DNA of 44,690 bases from Candidatus Troglogloeales bacterium. Its GTDB lineage: Bacteria; Nitrospirota; Nitrospiria; SBBL01; SBBA01. Shown in pieces: positions 1 to 9,019 of this stretch. Under the pieces are notes generated by a model that was not told the DNA's origin, made no database searches, and saw only the letters and a list, made by a program, of their open reading frames with translations. The translations under genes were made by a program, and so were the position numbers. The stretch is from assembly GCA_016195485.1 (NCBI GenBank), contig JACPZM010000035.1, positions 1-44,690 on the forward strand, in the 5' to 3' direction. How positions within the stretch are numbered: the stretch's first letter is position 1; each line of letters opens with the position of its first letter.

Positions 1-268
1 CAGGGCCCAACAAGCTACCAGCTGACTGCCACGCCCTCACAATCCTGACGTGCACCCAATTCAAGTTCTTTGTTTAGTAAGACGGCAAATCGGGAACAGA
101 TCGACGGTGAAGAAGCGATTGTTGTTGAGATTGAACCGTGAAAGAATACAATGGAAGCAACGCACCCCATTGCCCCTTATGCTGCGGTTGCGGAATGAGA
201 GTTGCCAATTCATCTGGCTTTGATACAGGGGATGAGACTATAATGCCCCCCATAAACCCTATAAACAA

Positions 269-1168
269 ATGGCTGAATATTTTCTCCTAAAAGAAATTGT
301 TGAAATGGCATTGGCCGAAGATATTGTCTACGGAGATAAGACGACCGACGCTATCTTTCCTCGTCCTGTTTTGGCCACGGGGAAACTGATTGCGAAAGAA
401 ACCCTTATCGTTGCCGGGCTGGAATTATTTCAAACGGTTTTTTCAGTTTTAGATCCGCAGATTCAGTTTGAGGTTCTCGTAGCTCAGGGAAAAGAAGCGA
501 AAGAGGGGGCGTGTATTGGAAGAGTGACTGGCGATGGCCGCGCCTTATTGAAAGGGGAAAGAACGGCGCTCAATTTTCTTCAGCATCTGTCTGGAATCGC
601 CACATTAACGCATCAATTTGTTGTACTGGCCGCAGAAGGCGCCCAGAGGAACAGAACGCTGCCCGCCATTGTGGATACGCGAAAAACCACTCCTGGTCTT
701 CGTGTATTGGAAAAAGAGGCTGTGTTATTGGGCGGGGGATTGAACCACCGTTTTCATCTTGGCGATCTTGTCTTGATTAAAGACAATCATATTGCGTTAG
801 CAAAGGGGATTGCCAATGCCGTCAGGGCAACGCGCGCCACGCTCTCTCATCCTCTAAAAATAGAAGTCGAGGTAACAAACATCAAAGAGGCGAAAGAGGC
901 GATTAAAAGCGGCGCGGATATTATCATGCTCGATAATATGTCGATCCCTGAAATAGAGAGCGCGGTTGCTCTGATTCGCAAAACGGCCCCGTTGACGCCC
1001 ATCGAAGTCTCTGGCGGAATCAACTTAAAAAATGTTGCCCGTGTGGCACAATGCGGGGTCGATATGATCTCCATTGGAGCGATTACACACTCCGCGCCAG
1101 CAGTGGATATCAGCTTAGAAATAACGGATGATAAACGAAACAGAGTCAAAAGGAGCAAAGCGATCTAG
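269..1168 (+). CDS. nadC: nicotinate-nucleotide pyrophosphorylase (quinolinate phosphoribosyltransferase)
   Basis: 299-aa ORF with full-length NadC-like motifs (ERTALNFLQHLSGIAT, DTRKTTPGLR, IMLDNM, VSGGI). Its TAG stop overlaps the GTG start of the next gene. Confidence 0.9.
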   Translation: MAEYFLLKEIVEMALAEDIVYGDKTTDAIFPRPVLATGKLIAKETLIVAGLELFQTVFSVLDPQIQFEVLVAQGKEAKEGACIGRVTGDGRALLKGERTALNFLQHLSGIATLTHQFVVLAAEGAQRNRTLPAIVDTRKTTPGLRVLEKEAVLLGGGLNHRFHLGDLVLIKDNHIALAKGIANAVRATRATLSHPLKIEVEVTNIKEAKEAIKSGADIIMLDNMSIPEIESAVALIRKTAPLTPIEVSGGINLKNVARVAQCGVDMISIGAITHSAPAVDISLEITDDKRNRVKRSKAI

Positions 1169-2043
1169 TGAGCAAATGCAAGCGAGAGGGGGCGACACAA
1201 GCCCCTGCAATCGACTTACAAAGAATAGAGGCCGGCATCGCAACGCACCCGCGGGTTCGAGAAAGGGTGCGCGAGGTACTGCTGTTTGATCGGGTTTTAT
1301 CTACCAACCAGATCGCCCTTCAAATGGGATCAACCGGTATGCCGGGCGGCGTTCTGATACTGGCAGAGGCGCAGGATCAGGGGAAGGGCCGCTTAAACCG
1401 AATATGGGTCTCTCCTTCCGGGGTCAATATCTATCTTTCCGTACTGCTTCGCCCATTTCAAGAAGTGAGAGATTTCCCTTTATTCTCTTTGGCCGCAGCA
1501 GTTGCTGTTGTCCAAGCGATTCGGGCGACAACCGGGCTGCCCGTTGTCACAAAATGGCCAAACGATATTTTATTAGACGATAGAAAAGTGGGTGGGATTT
1601 TATTAGAGACAGGGAAAAAATCAGGAGAGGTTCCTTATCTGGTTATCGGCGCCGGTATTAACGTCAATTGGGAGGAAAACGATATACCAGAAAACCTACG
1701 TGAACATGCCACTTCGCTAAAAATCGCCCTAGGCCATATCGTCGATAGAAACCGGCTTGTGAATGAAATTCTGATTGCCCTCGCGCAACAAATTACGCTT
1801 TTGGACGAGAATAAATCTGACCTTATCATCAAGGGATTATCAGAAGTTTGCGAGACTTTGGGGAAACGGGTTAAGGTTGCAACCCCTGATAGGATTTATG
1901 AGGGGGTCGCGGAAGCCCTTTCAAATGACGGCGGGCTCGTACTCCGATTAGCTGATAAAAGTCAGAGAACGATTTATGTGGGAGATGTGACAAAGGTAAT
2001 CCTGCTTCCACCGTCGACACGGAGAAGCTGGGGGGCAACGTAA
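1168..2043 (+). CDS. birA: biotin-[acetyl-CoA-carboxylase] ligase, no obvious N-terminal HTH
   Basis: 291-aa ORF with the BirA signature GKGRLNRIWVSPSG and the KWPNDILL motif. The GTG start is coupled to the nadC stop (TAGTG). Confidence 0.85.
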   Translation: MSKCKREGATQAPAIDLQRIEAGIATHPRVRERVREVLLFDRVLSTNQIALQMGSTGMPGGVLILAEAQDQGKGRLNRIWVSPSGVNIYLSVLLRPFQEVRDFPLFSLAAAVAVVQAIRATTGLPVVTKWPNDILLDDRKVGGILLETGKKSGEVPYLVIGAGINVNWEENDIPENLREHATSLKIALGHIVDRNRLVNEILIALAQQITLLDENKSDLIIKGLSEVCETLGKRVKVATPDRIYEGVAEALSNDGGLVLRLADKSQRTIYVGDVTKVILLPPSTRRSWGAT

Positions 2044-2067
2044 CTGGGGTAACCCCAATTATTACCA

Positions 2068-2146
2068 CCCCCCACCCCTCCTGAAATAGGAGGGGAGTCT
2101 TTAGATTTTTTACTCCCCTCCTTGGTTAAGGAGGGGCAAGGGGTGG
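2068..2146. repeat. cluster of GC-rich hairpins (CCCCTCC/GGAGGGG type) between convergent genes; family A-like palindromic element
   Basis: CCCCTCC-tgaaata-GGAGGGG at 2075-2095. CCCCTCCTT-ggtt-AAGGAGGGG followed by CAAGGGGTGG at 2115-2146. Probably acts as a bidirectional terminator. Confidence 0.6.
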
Positions 2147-2152
2147 TTTGTT

Positions 2153-2758
2153 TTACACCTTATAAACCACATCTCCCTCTCGGACGTGCTGTGCTACTTT
2201 TAATCCGAAAAGATCCCCGACGATTGCTTGCACAACGGGTTGGTGATCCACCTCCATCGACTCTACGATCTGTGTAAAATCGGTCGTATGGCCCTTAATA
2301 TGGATTTGTTCCCCCACCCGCAGGGCGTTCTGATCAAGCCGCACCACCGCCACACCAATCTGGGCGTAATAGTGCATCACCTCGCCAATTTTCGGTTCGG
2401 ATTTTTTTGATACGATCGGAACGGGTGTCTGAGGTTGCACAGCAACAACGACAACAGGCTTCTTAACTTTCACCGGAGAACGCCTCGCCCCGACAGAACC
2501 CCTTTCCTTTGCCACCCGCAGGGGTCGGACCCTCTTCGCGGGTTTCTTTATGGGTTTCGCCACCTTTTTAGCAGACACCTTTTGCAGGGCGCGTTGCCCT
2601 TTTTTAGCCGTTTTCACAGCCGGTTTCTTTTTTATCTTAGCAACCGGTCGCAGGGGTCGCACCCCTCGCAGGGCCTGTTGCCCTTTGTTGGCTTTTTTTG
2701 CTGGTTTCTTTTTGACTTGCGCTTTCTTTTTGACAACTTTCTTCTTCACGACTGCCAT
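2153..2758 (-). CDS. lysine/alanine/proline-rich (histone H1-like) tail fused to a small EF-Tu-domain-2-like beta-barrel domain
   Basis: 201-aa ORF. The N-terminal ~115 aa are KKxAKK/KKPAxK low complexity. The C-terminal ~85 aa (MHYYAQIGVAVVRL...IHIKGHTTDFTQIVESMEVDHQPV...VREGDVVYKV) resemble stand-alone translation-elongation-factor-like barrel proteins (from memory, needs an HMM check). Confidence 0.7.
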   Translation of the reverse strand: MAVVKKKVVKKKAQVKKKPAKKANKGQQALRGVRPLRPVAKIKKKPAVKTAKKGQRALQKVSAKKVAKPIKKPAKRVRPLRVAKERGSVGARRSPVKVKKPVVVVAVQPQTPVPIVSKKSEPKIGEVMHYYAQIGVAVVRLDQNALRVGEQIHIKGHTTDFTQIVESMEVDHQPVVQAIVGDLFGLKVAQHVREGDVVYKV

Positions 2759-2810
2759 CTGTGTACTGCCTCCTTTCTAATGCCCTGTAAAAGAATAAGG
2801 TGTACAGAGC

Positions 2811-3959
2811 CTAACGTTGTGAAATTGGGATATACACTTTATCATGTTCTCCATCGTAGATCTCTGTAGGTCTAAAAATATGATTATCCTGCATCTGCTC
2901 GATCCAATGGGCAAGCCAGCCAACAACCCGCGCCATCGCAAAGAGCGGGGTGAAGAAATCTGGTTCAATTCCCATTCTTTGATATAAGATTCCAGAATAA
3001 AAGTCAATATTAGTGTAAACCCCTTTAGGCGCTAAAAACATTTCGGACATCTGTTCCACTTCCAGCGCGATTTCATAAAGAGGGAGAGTCTCGTTAAGCG
3101 ACGACTTTCCAACATGGTCAAAGAGCCGCTTGGAAAGTCGCTGCAATATAATCGCGCGCGGATCTTTTACCTTATATTCCCGATGCCCTAACCCCATAAT
3201 CTTCTCGCCAGCAGATATCTTTGCCTCGATGTAAGGGCGGACATTTTGAATCGAGCCAATTTCATGCAGCATAGACAACACCTTCTCATTCGCACCGCCA
3301 TGCAATGGCCCTTTTAATGTCCCCACGGCCGAAGAAACAACTGTATAAGGATCCGCGAGCGTAGATGCCGTTACGAGTCCGCTAAACGTGGAGGCGTTCA
3401 TCGTATGCTCGGCATGCAGGATGAGACAGACGTCTAAAATGGCGGCGCAAACGGTATCCGGGATTTTCTCGGTTAGCATGTAAAGAAAATTGTCGGCATG
3501 ATTTAAATCGTCGCGCGGCAAGACGATATCGTCTCCGTGCCGAAGCCTGGCGCAAGCAGCAATGATCGTGGGGAGCTTCGCGATCAATCGAACGGCAGAA
3601 AGATATTGTGTCTCTTTGTCTTGAACGTTTTTGTCGGGATAAAACATCCCCAGCGCGGCGACCGCGGCCTGCAACGCATCCATCGGATGCCCGTTCTCCG
3701 GAAGACATTTAATCAGATCGACAATCTTGTATTTGATCCTGCGATGAATCCGAAGATCAAGATCAAACCGTGTTAATTGCGAATCGGTTGGAAACGATCC
3801 GAACAAAAGGAGGTAGGCCACCTCAATGAAATGACTCTTCTCCGCAAGCATATTGATCGGAACGCCGCGATATTCGAGGATACCCTTTTTCCCATCAATC
3901 CAACTGACTTTCGAACGTGTAGCGGGAACCCCCGCCAACCCCGGCGAGAAATTGTCCAT
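2811..3959 (-). CDS. gltA: citrate synthase (short, type I-like form)
   Basis: 382-aa ORF with citrate synthase motifs GLGHREYKVKDPRA, HAEH and GPLHGGANE. Confidence 0.9.
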   Translation of the reverse strand: MDNFSPGLAGVPATRSKVSWIDGKKGILEYRGVPINMLAEKSHFIEVAYLLLFGSFPTDSQLTRFDLDLRIHRRIKYKIVDLIKCLPENGHPMDALQAAVAALGMFYPDKNVQDKETQYLSAVRLIAKLPTIIAACARLRHGDDIVLPRDDLNHADNFLYMLTEKIPDTVCAAILDVCLILHAEHTMNASTFSGLVTASTLADPYTVVSSAVGTLKGPLHGGANEKVLSMLHEIGSIQNVRPYIEAKISAGEKIMGLGHREYKVKDPRAIILQRLSKRLFDHVGKSSLNETLPLYEIALEVEQMSEMFLAPKGVYTNIDFYSGILYQRMGIEPDFFTPLFAMARVVGWLAHWIEQMQDNHIFRPTEIYDGEHDKVYIPISQR

Positions 3960-3964
3960 AGTGT

Positions 3965-4531
3965 TTACACCTTCGGAAGTGTGATACCGGTTTGGGCTTG
4001 ATACTTCCCTTTTTTGTCTGCATAAGAAATTTCGCAGCCTTCGTCTGATTCAAAGAAAATGACTTGCGCAATCCCCTCGTTTGCGTAAATACGCGCGGGT
4101 AGTGGAGTGGTGTTGGATATTTCCAACGTCACGAATCCTTCCCATTCCGGCTCAAACGGCGTGACATTGGTGATAATGCCGCAACGGGCATAAGTTGATT
4201 TTCCCATGCAGATCGTCATAACACTCCGAGGAATTTTGAAATACTCAACACTTCTGCCCAGCGCAAAAGAGTTCGGCGGAATGACACAGATATCCCCTTT
4301 AAAATCGACGAACGATTGGTGATCAAACACCTTCGGATCAACAATCGTATTATTGATATTGGTGAAAATCTTAAACTCGTTTGCAATGCGAATATCGTAC
4401 CCATAAGAAGAAACACCATAAGAGATCATCTTGCCCACAGCGCCCCCATCTCGAACCTGTCTTTCTTCAAAGGGAGAAATCATCTCATGTTCTTTTGCCA
4501 TTTTGCGAATCCAACGATCATTGCGTATCAT
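3965..4531 (-). CDS. dcd: dCTP deaminase
   Basis: 188-aa ORF with full-length Dcd-like pattern ([32 protein letters not shown]). Confidence 0.9.
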   Translation of the reverse strand: MIRNDRWIRKMAKEHEMISPFEERQVRDGGAVGKMISYGVSSYGYDIRIANEFKIFTNINNTIVDPKVFDHQSFVDFKGDICVIPPNSFALGRSVEYFKIPRSVMTICMGKSTYARCGIITNVTPFEPEWEGFVTLEISNTTPLPARIYANEGIAQVIFFESDEGCEISYADKKGKYQAQTGITLPKV

Positions 4532-4550
4532 AAATCCTCCTTTTATTTTA

Positions 4551-4590
4551 CCCTATCCTCACCCTAACCCTCCCCTTCTCCGGGGAAGGG
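4551..4590. repeat. family A palindromic element, reverse orientation
   Basis: CCCTATCCTCACCCTAACCCTCCCCTTCTCCGGGGAAGGG lies between the kamA-like stop and the dcd start. It matches the reverse complement of the copies at 12129, 30620 and 33005. Confidence 0.6.
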
Positions 4591-4603
4591 ATATTGCGGA
4601 CAT

Positions 4604-5716
4604 TTAATCTGTGTGAAAAGGAACCATTGAGTAAGGGCGGGGTGACCTCGCCCCGACTGCAGGCGCCTGCTTCGCTTGTGGATATTGAAATTGCTTTCCT
4701 TCGTAATTTTGAACGACGACTTCATTTTCGTCCATATAAAGCAATGTTTCTTGCGGAAGAATCGCCACCTTTCCCCCGCCATTGGGGGCATCAATTACAT
4801 AATGTGGCACCGCCATTCCAGAGGTATGGCCCCGTAATGCCGAAATAATCTTTAATCCTTTTTCGACGCGTGTGCGAAAATGGTGCGTCCCCCGAACAAG
4901 ATCGGCCTGATAAATATAATACGGCTTGACCCGAATAGACAATAAGTTCTGCATCAGCCGCTTCATGGTGTCAGGATCATCGTTCACGCCGTCGAGCAAT
5001 ACCGTCTGACTACCTAACGGTATCCCCGCATCGGCAAGCCGCCCGCAAGCGGTTGCGACTTCCGGGGTAATCTCATCGGGATGATTAAAATGAAGATTCA
5101 TGTACAACGGATGATATTTTTTCAGCATGAGACAAAGATTTTCGGTAATACGAGATGGCAGCGATCCGGGGACCCGCGTTCCGATCCGTATGATCTTAAG
5201 ATGGGGAATCGTGCGAAGCGCGCTTAAAACCCGCTCCAAAAGCATATCCACAACCATCAGTGGATCGCCTCCGGAGAGGATGATGTCCCGAATCTCCGTA
5301 TGAGCGCTGATATAGTCGATGACCTGTTTTAGCTCAGCGGGGGTTAATGTTCCGGGAGATCCGACAAACCGTTTTCGCGTGCAAAACCGGCAATAGATGG
5401 GACATTGATTGGTTACAAACAAAAGCGCCCGATCAGGATATCGGTGAACCAGATTAGGAACCGGAGAATCCTCTTCTTCATGGAGCGGATCTCCGGAGGC
5501 GCAACTTAAATCCTCCTCTCCCTCCGAAAGAGAGGGCACCACCTGTTTCCAGATCGCGTCCCCCTTTTTCTTGATTGTCTTTAAAACATGCGGCGTGATC
5601 CGGATCGGATATTCCTTGACGATTTCTCGCACTGCGTCTGCGGGAACGCCTAAGACCTTTTCCAGTGTCTCCACATCATCAATACTGTCTTTAATATCTC
5701 TTTGCCACTGTTCCAT
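4604..5716 (-). CDS. KamA-family radical SAM aminomutase (lysine 2,3-aminomutase-like)
   Basis: 370-aa ORF with the CPIYCRFCTRK radical SAM cluster motif, the SGGDPL motif, and overall KamA/EpmB architecture. The C-terminal tail (AVGARSPRP) is encoded by a repeat half-site. Confidence 0.85.
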   Translation of the reverse strand: MEQWQRDIKDSIDDVETLEKVLGVPADAVREIVKEYPIRITPHVLKTIKKKGDAIWKQVVPSLSEGEEDLSCASGDPLHEEEDSPVPNLVHRYPDRALLFVTNQCPIYCRFCTRKRFVGSPGTLTPAELKQVIDYISAHTEIRDIILSGGDPLMVVDMLLERVLSALRTIPHLKIIRIGTRVPGSLPSRITENLCLMLKKYHPLYMNLHFNHPDEITPEVATACGRLADAGIPLGSQTVLLDGVNDDPDTMKRLMQNLLSIRVKPYYIYQADLVRGTHHFRTRVEKGLKIISALRGHTSGMAVPHYVIDAPNGGGKVAILPQETLLYMDENEVVVQNYEGKQFQYPQAKQAPAVGARSPRPYSMVPFHTD

Positions 5717-5939
5717 ATTTCTCTTCTAAATAGACCAGAATTTTATCCTCATCATCTATGATTTCGTCTCCATCGACTAATACCGGCACAAGGTATTGCC
5801 TGGAAACTTCAAAAACCTTTCTTCGATCCCCGCGATAGACAGGGACTTCAATCGTCTCGTATTCCAAGCCGAGCGCTCTTAGCTTGTCACGCACGATTCT
5901 GCAATAGGGACAAGGCTCCAGATTATAGAGAGTCATCAT
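5691..5939 (-). CDS. glutaredoxin-like small thioredoxin-fold protein (CPYC)
   Basis: 82-aa ORF with a CPYC active site near the N-terminus and a Grx/GST-N-like fold pattern. It overlaps the downstream kamA-like start by 26 nt. Confidence 0.7.
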   Translation of the reverse strand: MMTLYNLEPCPYCRIVRDKLRALGLEYETIEVPVYRGDRRKVFEVSRQYLVPVLVDGDEIIDDEDKILVYLEEKYGTVAKRY

Positions 5940-5941
5940 CT

Positions 5942-7417
5942 TTACTGATTGGGTGCCGCAAGCGGCCCCCCTACATTAGAAACGGCGCATGGCATCATCA
6001 CTGCGTCGGACATCCCATGAATCAGTTTTTTATCCAGTGGACAAATGGTTGCTAAAATACCGCTTAAAATCGGTGTATTACGTTCTACAAAATAATAAGG
6101 CGAAAGCCGTGCCCGCCCTTTCATCCGAAGAACCCCCTCTAGCCCCCCCTTATCAGAGGGAGAACTTCTCAAGTCTTGATATTCCGTCTCCACCTGCCGT
6201 CCCTTATGAAACTCCTGAAGAATATGCGGGGTTTTGTAAAAACTGTTTAAGGCCATTTCGATGCCTGCTCCAAATGCTTCTTCTGAAAGATCGTGTCCGA
6301 CCAAAACCCCTCGGCTTCCCCAAGCCATCTCCGAAAAGCCGGACGGTTTTATCACAAAGTGCCGTTCCTTCTGCGAAAGATGCTTTAAATCCAGAAAACG
6401 CGATACAGGGAAATCCCCGATTACAAGATCTGGAATGATCGCATGAGGCGGAATCGGTCTTGGATCGAGAATCCATGTTTTCGGAAAGAGTTTTCTCAAC
6501 ACCGACACCGTCTCATCTCCCAGATGGCCTTGCCAAAACGATTTTAACACTGGATGATGGAAAAGGGCAAAGAGCAGTTTTTCTTCGAGTTGCGGTTTTG
6601 GAGGGGGAGTGAGAACGACCTGTTTTTTCTTGGCCGCGTATAAAATCAATTCCGCCTTAGGAATATTCTTCAGATCAAAAAGCTCAAAAAAACGATAAAG
6701 AATATCAATCCTAACGCGTTCCTCCCCTTGATTGACCCATAACCCGTCTTCTGTAAAAAGAATCTCGGATGGCTCAAGAACAAATGTTTGCAGTCCAATC
6801 TCATTCAACGCCTCTCCTAAATAATCCATTTCAGAACGGTAATCTTTCGATTCCTCTGACACAACAATGGCCAACAATGGATTATGTAGGGGCGCTGCGT
6901 GCCGCGCCCCTACGTCCAAAGACCGAATCATCCGCGCAAAGCCATCGCGCATGCCATTTATTCCTCCGATCAATGATTCGTCAGGGAATGATTGGCTCAT
7001 GTTTGAAGTAAGGCCGATACCGCCCGGGATAGAATCGAGTTCTGTGGCAATCATGCCGTCTTCCGTTAAAATGAGGTCAGGGCGAATCACGCCGGGCAAA
7101 CTTTGCCGAAACCGATTCATTCTGCCATACTCTACAACCGATTCTGGTTTCCCGAAATCCAAATATTCCGCGACAAAGCAAGGCTGATGGCCTTGGAAAG
7201 AATCAATGTAAAGTTGGTTTGCAGCCTGATAGAACGATAGGAGGTGATGCCCTAACTGTTCAAAAAAGGCGAGTTCGTCTGGCGTTATAAAAAACGGCGA
7301 GGTCGCAGTGTGAAAAGGGGCAACGTGCCCTGTGAGCTGCGTGCGTGGAATGGGTGGTTGAAGTGTTCTATGCAAAATAGGGATTCTACTTTGATTCTTT
7401 AAGTAACAGGAAATCAA
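5942..7417 (-). CDS. hypothetical protein, tentatively a glutathionylspermidine-synthase-type (pre-ATP-grasp) amide ligase
   Basis: 491-aa ORF. The motif order (RPDLILTEDG..ATELDSIPGG, EEKLLFALFHHP, FVIKPSGFSEMAWGSRGV, ILQEF) recalls GSP-synthase/ATP-grasp ligases. This is a by-eye call only, and the start is uncertain. Confidence 0.55.
   Translation of the reverse strand: MISCYLKNQSRIPILHRTLQPPIPRTQLTGHVAPFHTATSPFFITPDELAFFEQLGHHLLSFYQAANQLYIDSFQGHQPCFVAEYLDFGKPESVVEYGRMNRFRQSLPGVIRPDLILTEDGMIATELDSIPGGIGLTSNMSQSFPDESLIGGINGMRDGFARMIRSLDVGARHAAPLHNPLLAIVVSEESKDYRSEMDYLGEALNEIGLQTFVLEPSEILFTEDGLWVNQGEERVRIDILYRFFELFDLKNIPKAELILYAAKKKQVVLTPPPKPQLEEKLLFALFHHPVLKSFWQGHLGDETVSVLRKLFPKTWILDPRPIPPHAIIPDLVIGDFPVSRFLDLKHLSQKERHFVIKPSGFSEMAWGSRGVLVGHDLSEEAFGAGIEMALNSFYKTPHILQEFHKGRQVETEYQDLRSSPSDKGGLEGVLRMKGRARLSPYYFVERNTPILSGILATICPLDKKLIHGMSDAVMMPCAVSNVGGPLAAPNQ
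6886..6913. repeat. family B palindrome GTAGGGGCGC-n8-GCGCCCCTAC inside a CDS
   Basis: Perfect 10-bp stem. In the minus-strand gene it encodes DVGARHAAPL in frame. Confidence 0.7.
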
Positions 7418-8288
7418 CGGCCGCGTTAAAGAAGGATAATTCGAAGTTCTCGTGGTGTCGCAGGAGCTGTTCCAACGCGAATCGGCCCCGTTTTACAGTA
7501 TCCTTGGGTTTATCCGTCGATTTTAGAAATTTACCTGCCACGATCAGATAATCAGCAAAACCAGTTTCCGTCAGATGGTCTATTCGCGTTCCCCGCAAGG
7601 TGCGATGATCCACAACGGAAACCTGATCGGAAGACAGGGTGATTATCGTATGGGTTTTATCAATATATTTGCCTTCAATCACCCATCCTATCTGCCCATT
7701 CGCAGAGGCCGCGTCTCCGACCTGTGATGGCGCCGTGCCGAAAACATGAACCCCGTCACAGAGTGGTTTCAGCAGGCTATAGTTTTTACCAATTGTTGGA
7801 TCGGCCACAGAGACTCGCCAATTCTTTTGCTCCTCATTTCGGACAAAGAGAATGGAAAGAACTCCGATATTCAGGCGAAATATAAGCGCGTTAAAACAAT
7901 AAAGTGTATTTCCCATGCCGCCGATATAGGCATGTTCAATACCTTTCTCTTTATCAAAATAAAGCCGCATTTTTAACAGATTGGGCGCAATCTCTCGAAT
8001 CACTGCCTCATTTTTAAGCGCAATAAAGCAAGAAGCAATCTGTTCTAAAACCTGCGCCTGTTTTTCTGGGTCTTTGGGTGAGGCAAGTTTCAGCGCCTTC
8101 ATGACATCTTCGGCGCTATAAGCCCGATGGCCATCGTGCGACAAAACACGTTGGATTTGATCTTTTGAAACCCACTTTTTTTGCTCGTAAGCTGTAGAGG
8201 ACACGATCAAGCTCCCTATGGCAAATAAGTCACATATGCACCAGGCGAAGTGTAAAGGGCAATCTTTGCCCTTGTCAAGTCTTCGCAT
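7386..8288 (-). CDS. hypothetical protein
   Basis: 300-aa ORF with no recognisable motifs. Its 3' end overlaps the start of the 5942..7417 ORF by 32 nt, which suggests the same operon. Confidence 0.6.
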   Translation of the reverse strand: MRRLDKGKDCPLHFAWCICDLFAIGSLIVSSTAYEQKKWVSKDQIQRVLSHDGHRAYSAEDVMKALKLASPKDPEKQAQVLEQIASCFIALKNEAVIREIAPNLLKMRLYFDKEKGIEHAYIGGMGNTLYCFNALIFRLNIGVLSILFVRNEEQKNWRVSVADPTIGKNYSLLKPLCDGVHVFGTAPSQVGDAASANGQIGWVIEGKYIDKTHTIITLSSDQVSVVDHRTLRGTRIDHLTETGFADYLIVAGKFLKSTDKPKDTVKRGRFALEQLLRHHENFELSFFNAAVDFLLLKESK

Positions 8289-8448
8289 TGCCTCTCTGCG
8301 ATTCAGACAGTAGGGGGCGAAAGGGGTATCTCCAGGACGGTTTTTCCATGAATCTGATTTCGTAAGGTTGTGAGGGTCAATCTAGTCGAGATTTCTTGCG
8401 TAGGGATGAACCGTTTTCTTGTAACGAGACAACAAGGCCCCGTCTAAA

Positions 8449-8736
8449 GTGGTCGGGTTTGTCAAACACCTCCTTGGCAAAAAATGTTGTCAAGAGAAAA
8501 TCCAAAGAAACACTAAACCCCTTTTTGACTTTTCTATTCGTGTCATGTATAACGCGCTTTCCGTATTAAGATGTCAGGTCCTTTTTTATGGAGAGAAAGA
8601 TGATTTAAGAAACAGAGATATCCAACTGTGGCGACGTTTTAGCAAAGTGGCAAATCTACCACCTCTGAAACGAAAACAAATCATTCAGATTGTTGACACT
8701 TTTTTGAAAACGGATCAACTACAAGAAGCATCGTAA
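8449..8736 (+). pseudogene. probable remnant of an XRE-family regulator (C-terminal tail only)
   Basis: Only the last ~45 codons (DIQLWRRFSKVANLPPLKRKQIIQIVDTFLKTDQLQ) resemble the C-terminal tail of HTH-XRE proteins. No HTH region is present, and the upstream part overlaps the promoter-like site. Confidence 0.3.
8525..8553 (+). promoter_or_regulatory. sigma70-like promoter (TTGACT-17 nt-TATAAC)
   Basis: TTGACT at 8525-8530, a 17-nt spacer, then TATAAC at 8548-8553. It sits upstream of degenerate XRE/DUF433 remnants. Confidence 0.4.
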
Positions 8737-8751
8737 GGAGGAGACCAACCC

Positions 8752-8916
8752 ATGACATTTGATCGGATTACAATGAACCCAGCCCAGATGAATGGTCAGC
8801 CTTGTATTCGCAACATGCGACTCACTGTGAAGCGCGTGTTGGCGGCATTGGCAACCTATCCAAATCACGAGCAGGTGAAACAGGAATATCCGGAACTACA
8901 GGCGGGAGCCTCTTAA
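8752..8916 (+). CDS. DUF433-family antitoxin-like protein, C-terminally truncated (54 aa, below the ORF-track cutoff)
   Basis: ATG at 8752 follows AAGGAGGAG at 8735-8743. The product MTFDRITMNPAQMNGQPCIRNMRLTVKRVLAALATYPNHEQVKQEYPELQAGAS matches the DUF433 pattern (RI..P....G.PCIR..R..V..VL..LA......YP.L) but lacks the terminal EDI..AL.YA part. Confidence 0.55.
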   Translation: MTFDRITMNPAQMNGQPCIRNMRLTVKRVLAALATYPNHEQVKQEYPELQAGAS

Positions 8917-9019
8917 AGAACGGTTTTGTCTCCTGAAGTCGTTTTTGTACTACAAATAAAAGGGCTAAACCCACAATCCACATTACGATCAAAGAGGCGA
9001 AGATATACTTGTCTTCCAT
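8822..9019 (-). CDS. possible small membrane protein, translationally coupled to the upstream gene
   Basis: The ATG overlaps the stop of the 9019..11028 gene (TAATG). The N-terminal 25 aa form one hydrophobic helix. The rest is Pro/Arg-rich and overlaps the convergent DUF433 ORF, so its real length and existence are uncertain. Confidence 0.3.
   Translation of the reverse strand: MEDKYIFASLIVMWIVGLALLFVVQKRLQETKPFFKRLPPVVPDIPVSPARDLDRLPMPPTRASQ

Noticed and set aside
74-268. 64-aa minus-strand ORF upstream of nadC
   Set aside because: It has no recognisable motifs, an odd composition and no convincing RBS. It more likely lies in the nadC promoter region. A short plus-strand reading frame open from the window edge to about position 77 could be the tail of an upstream gene, but I cannot identify it.
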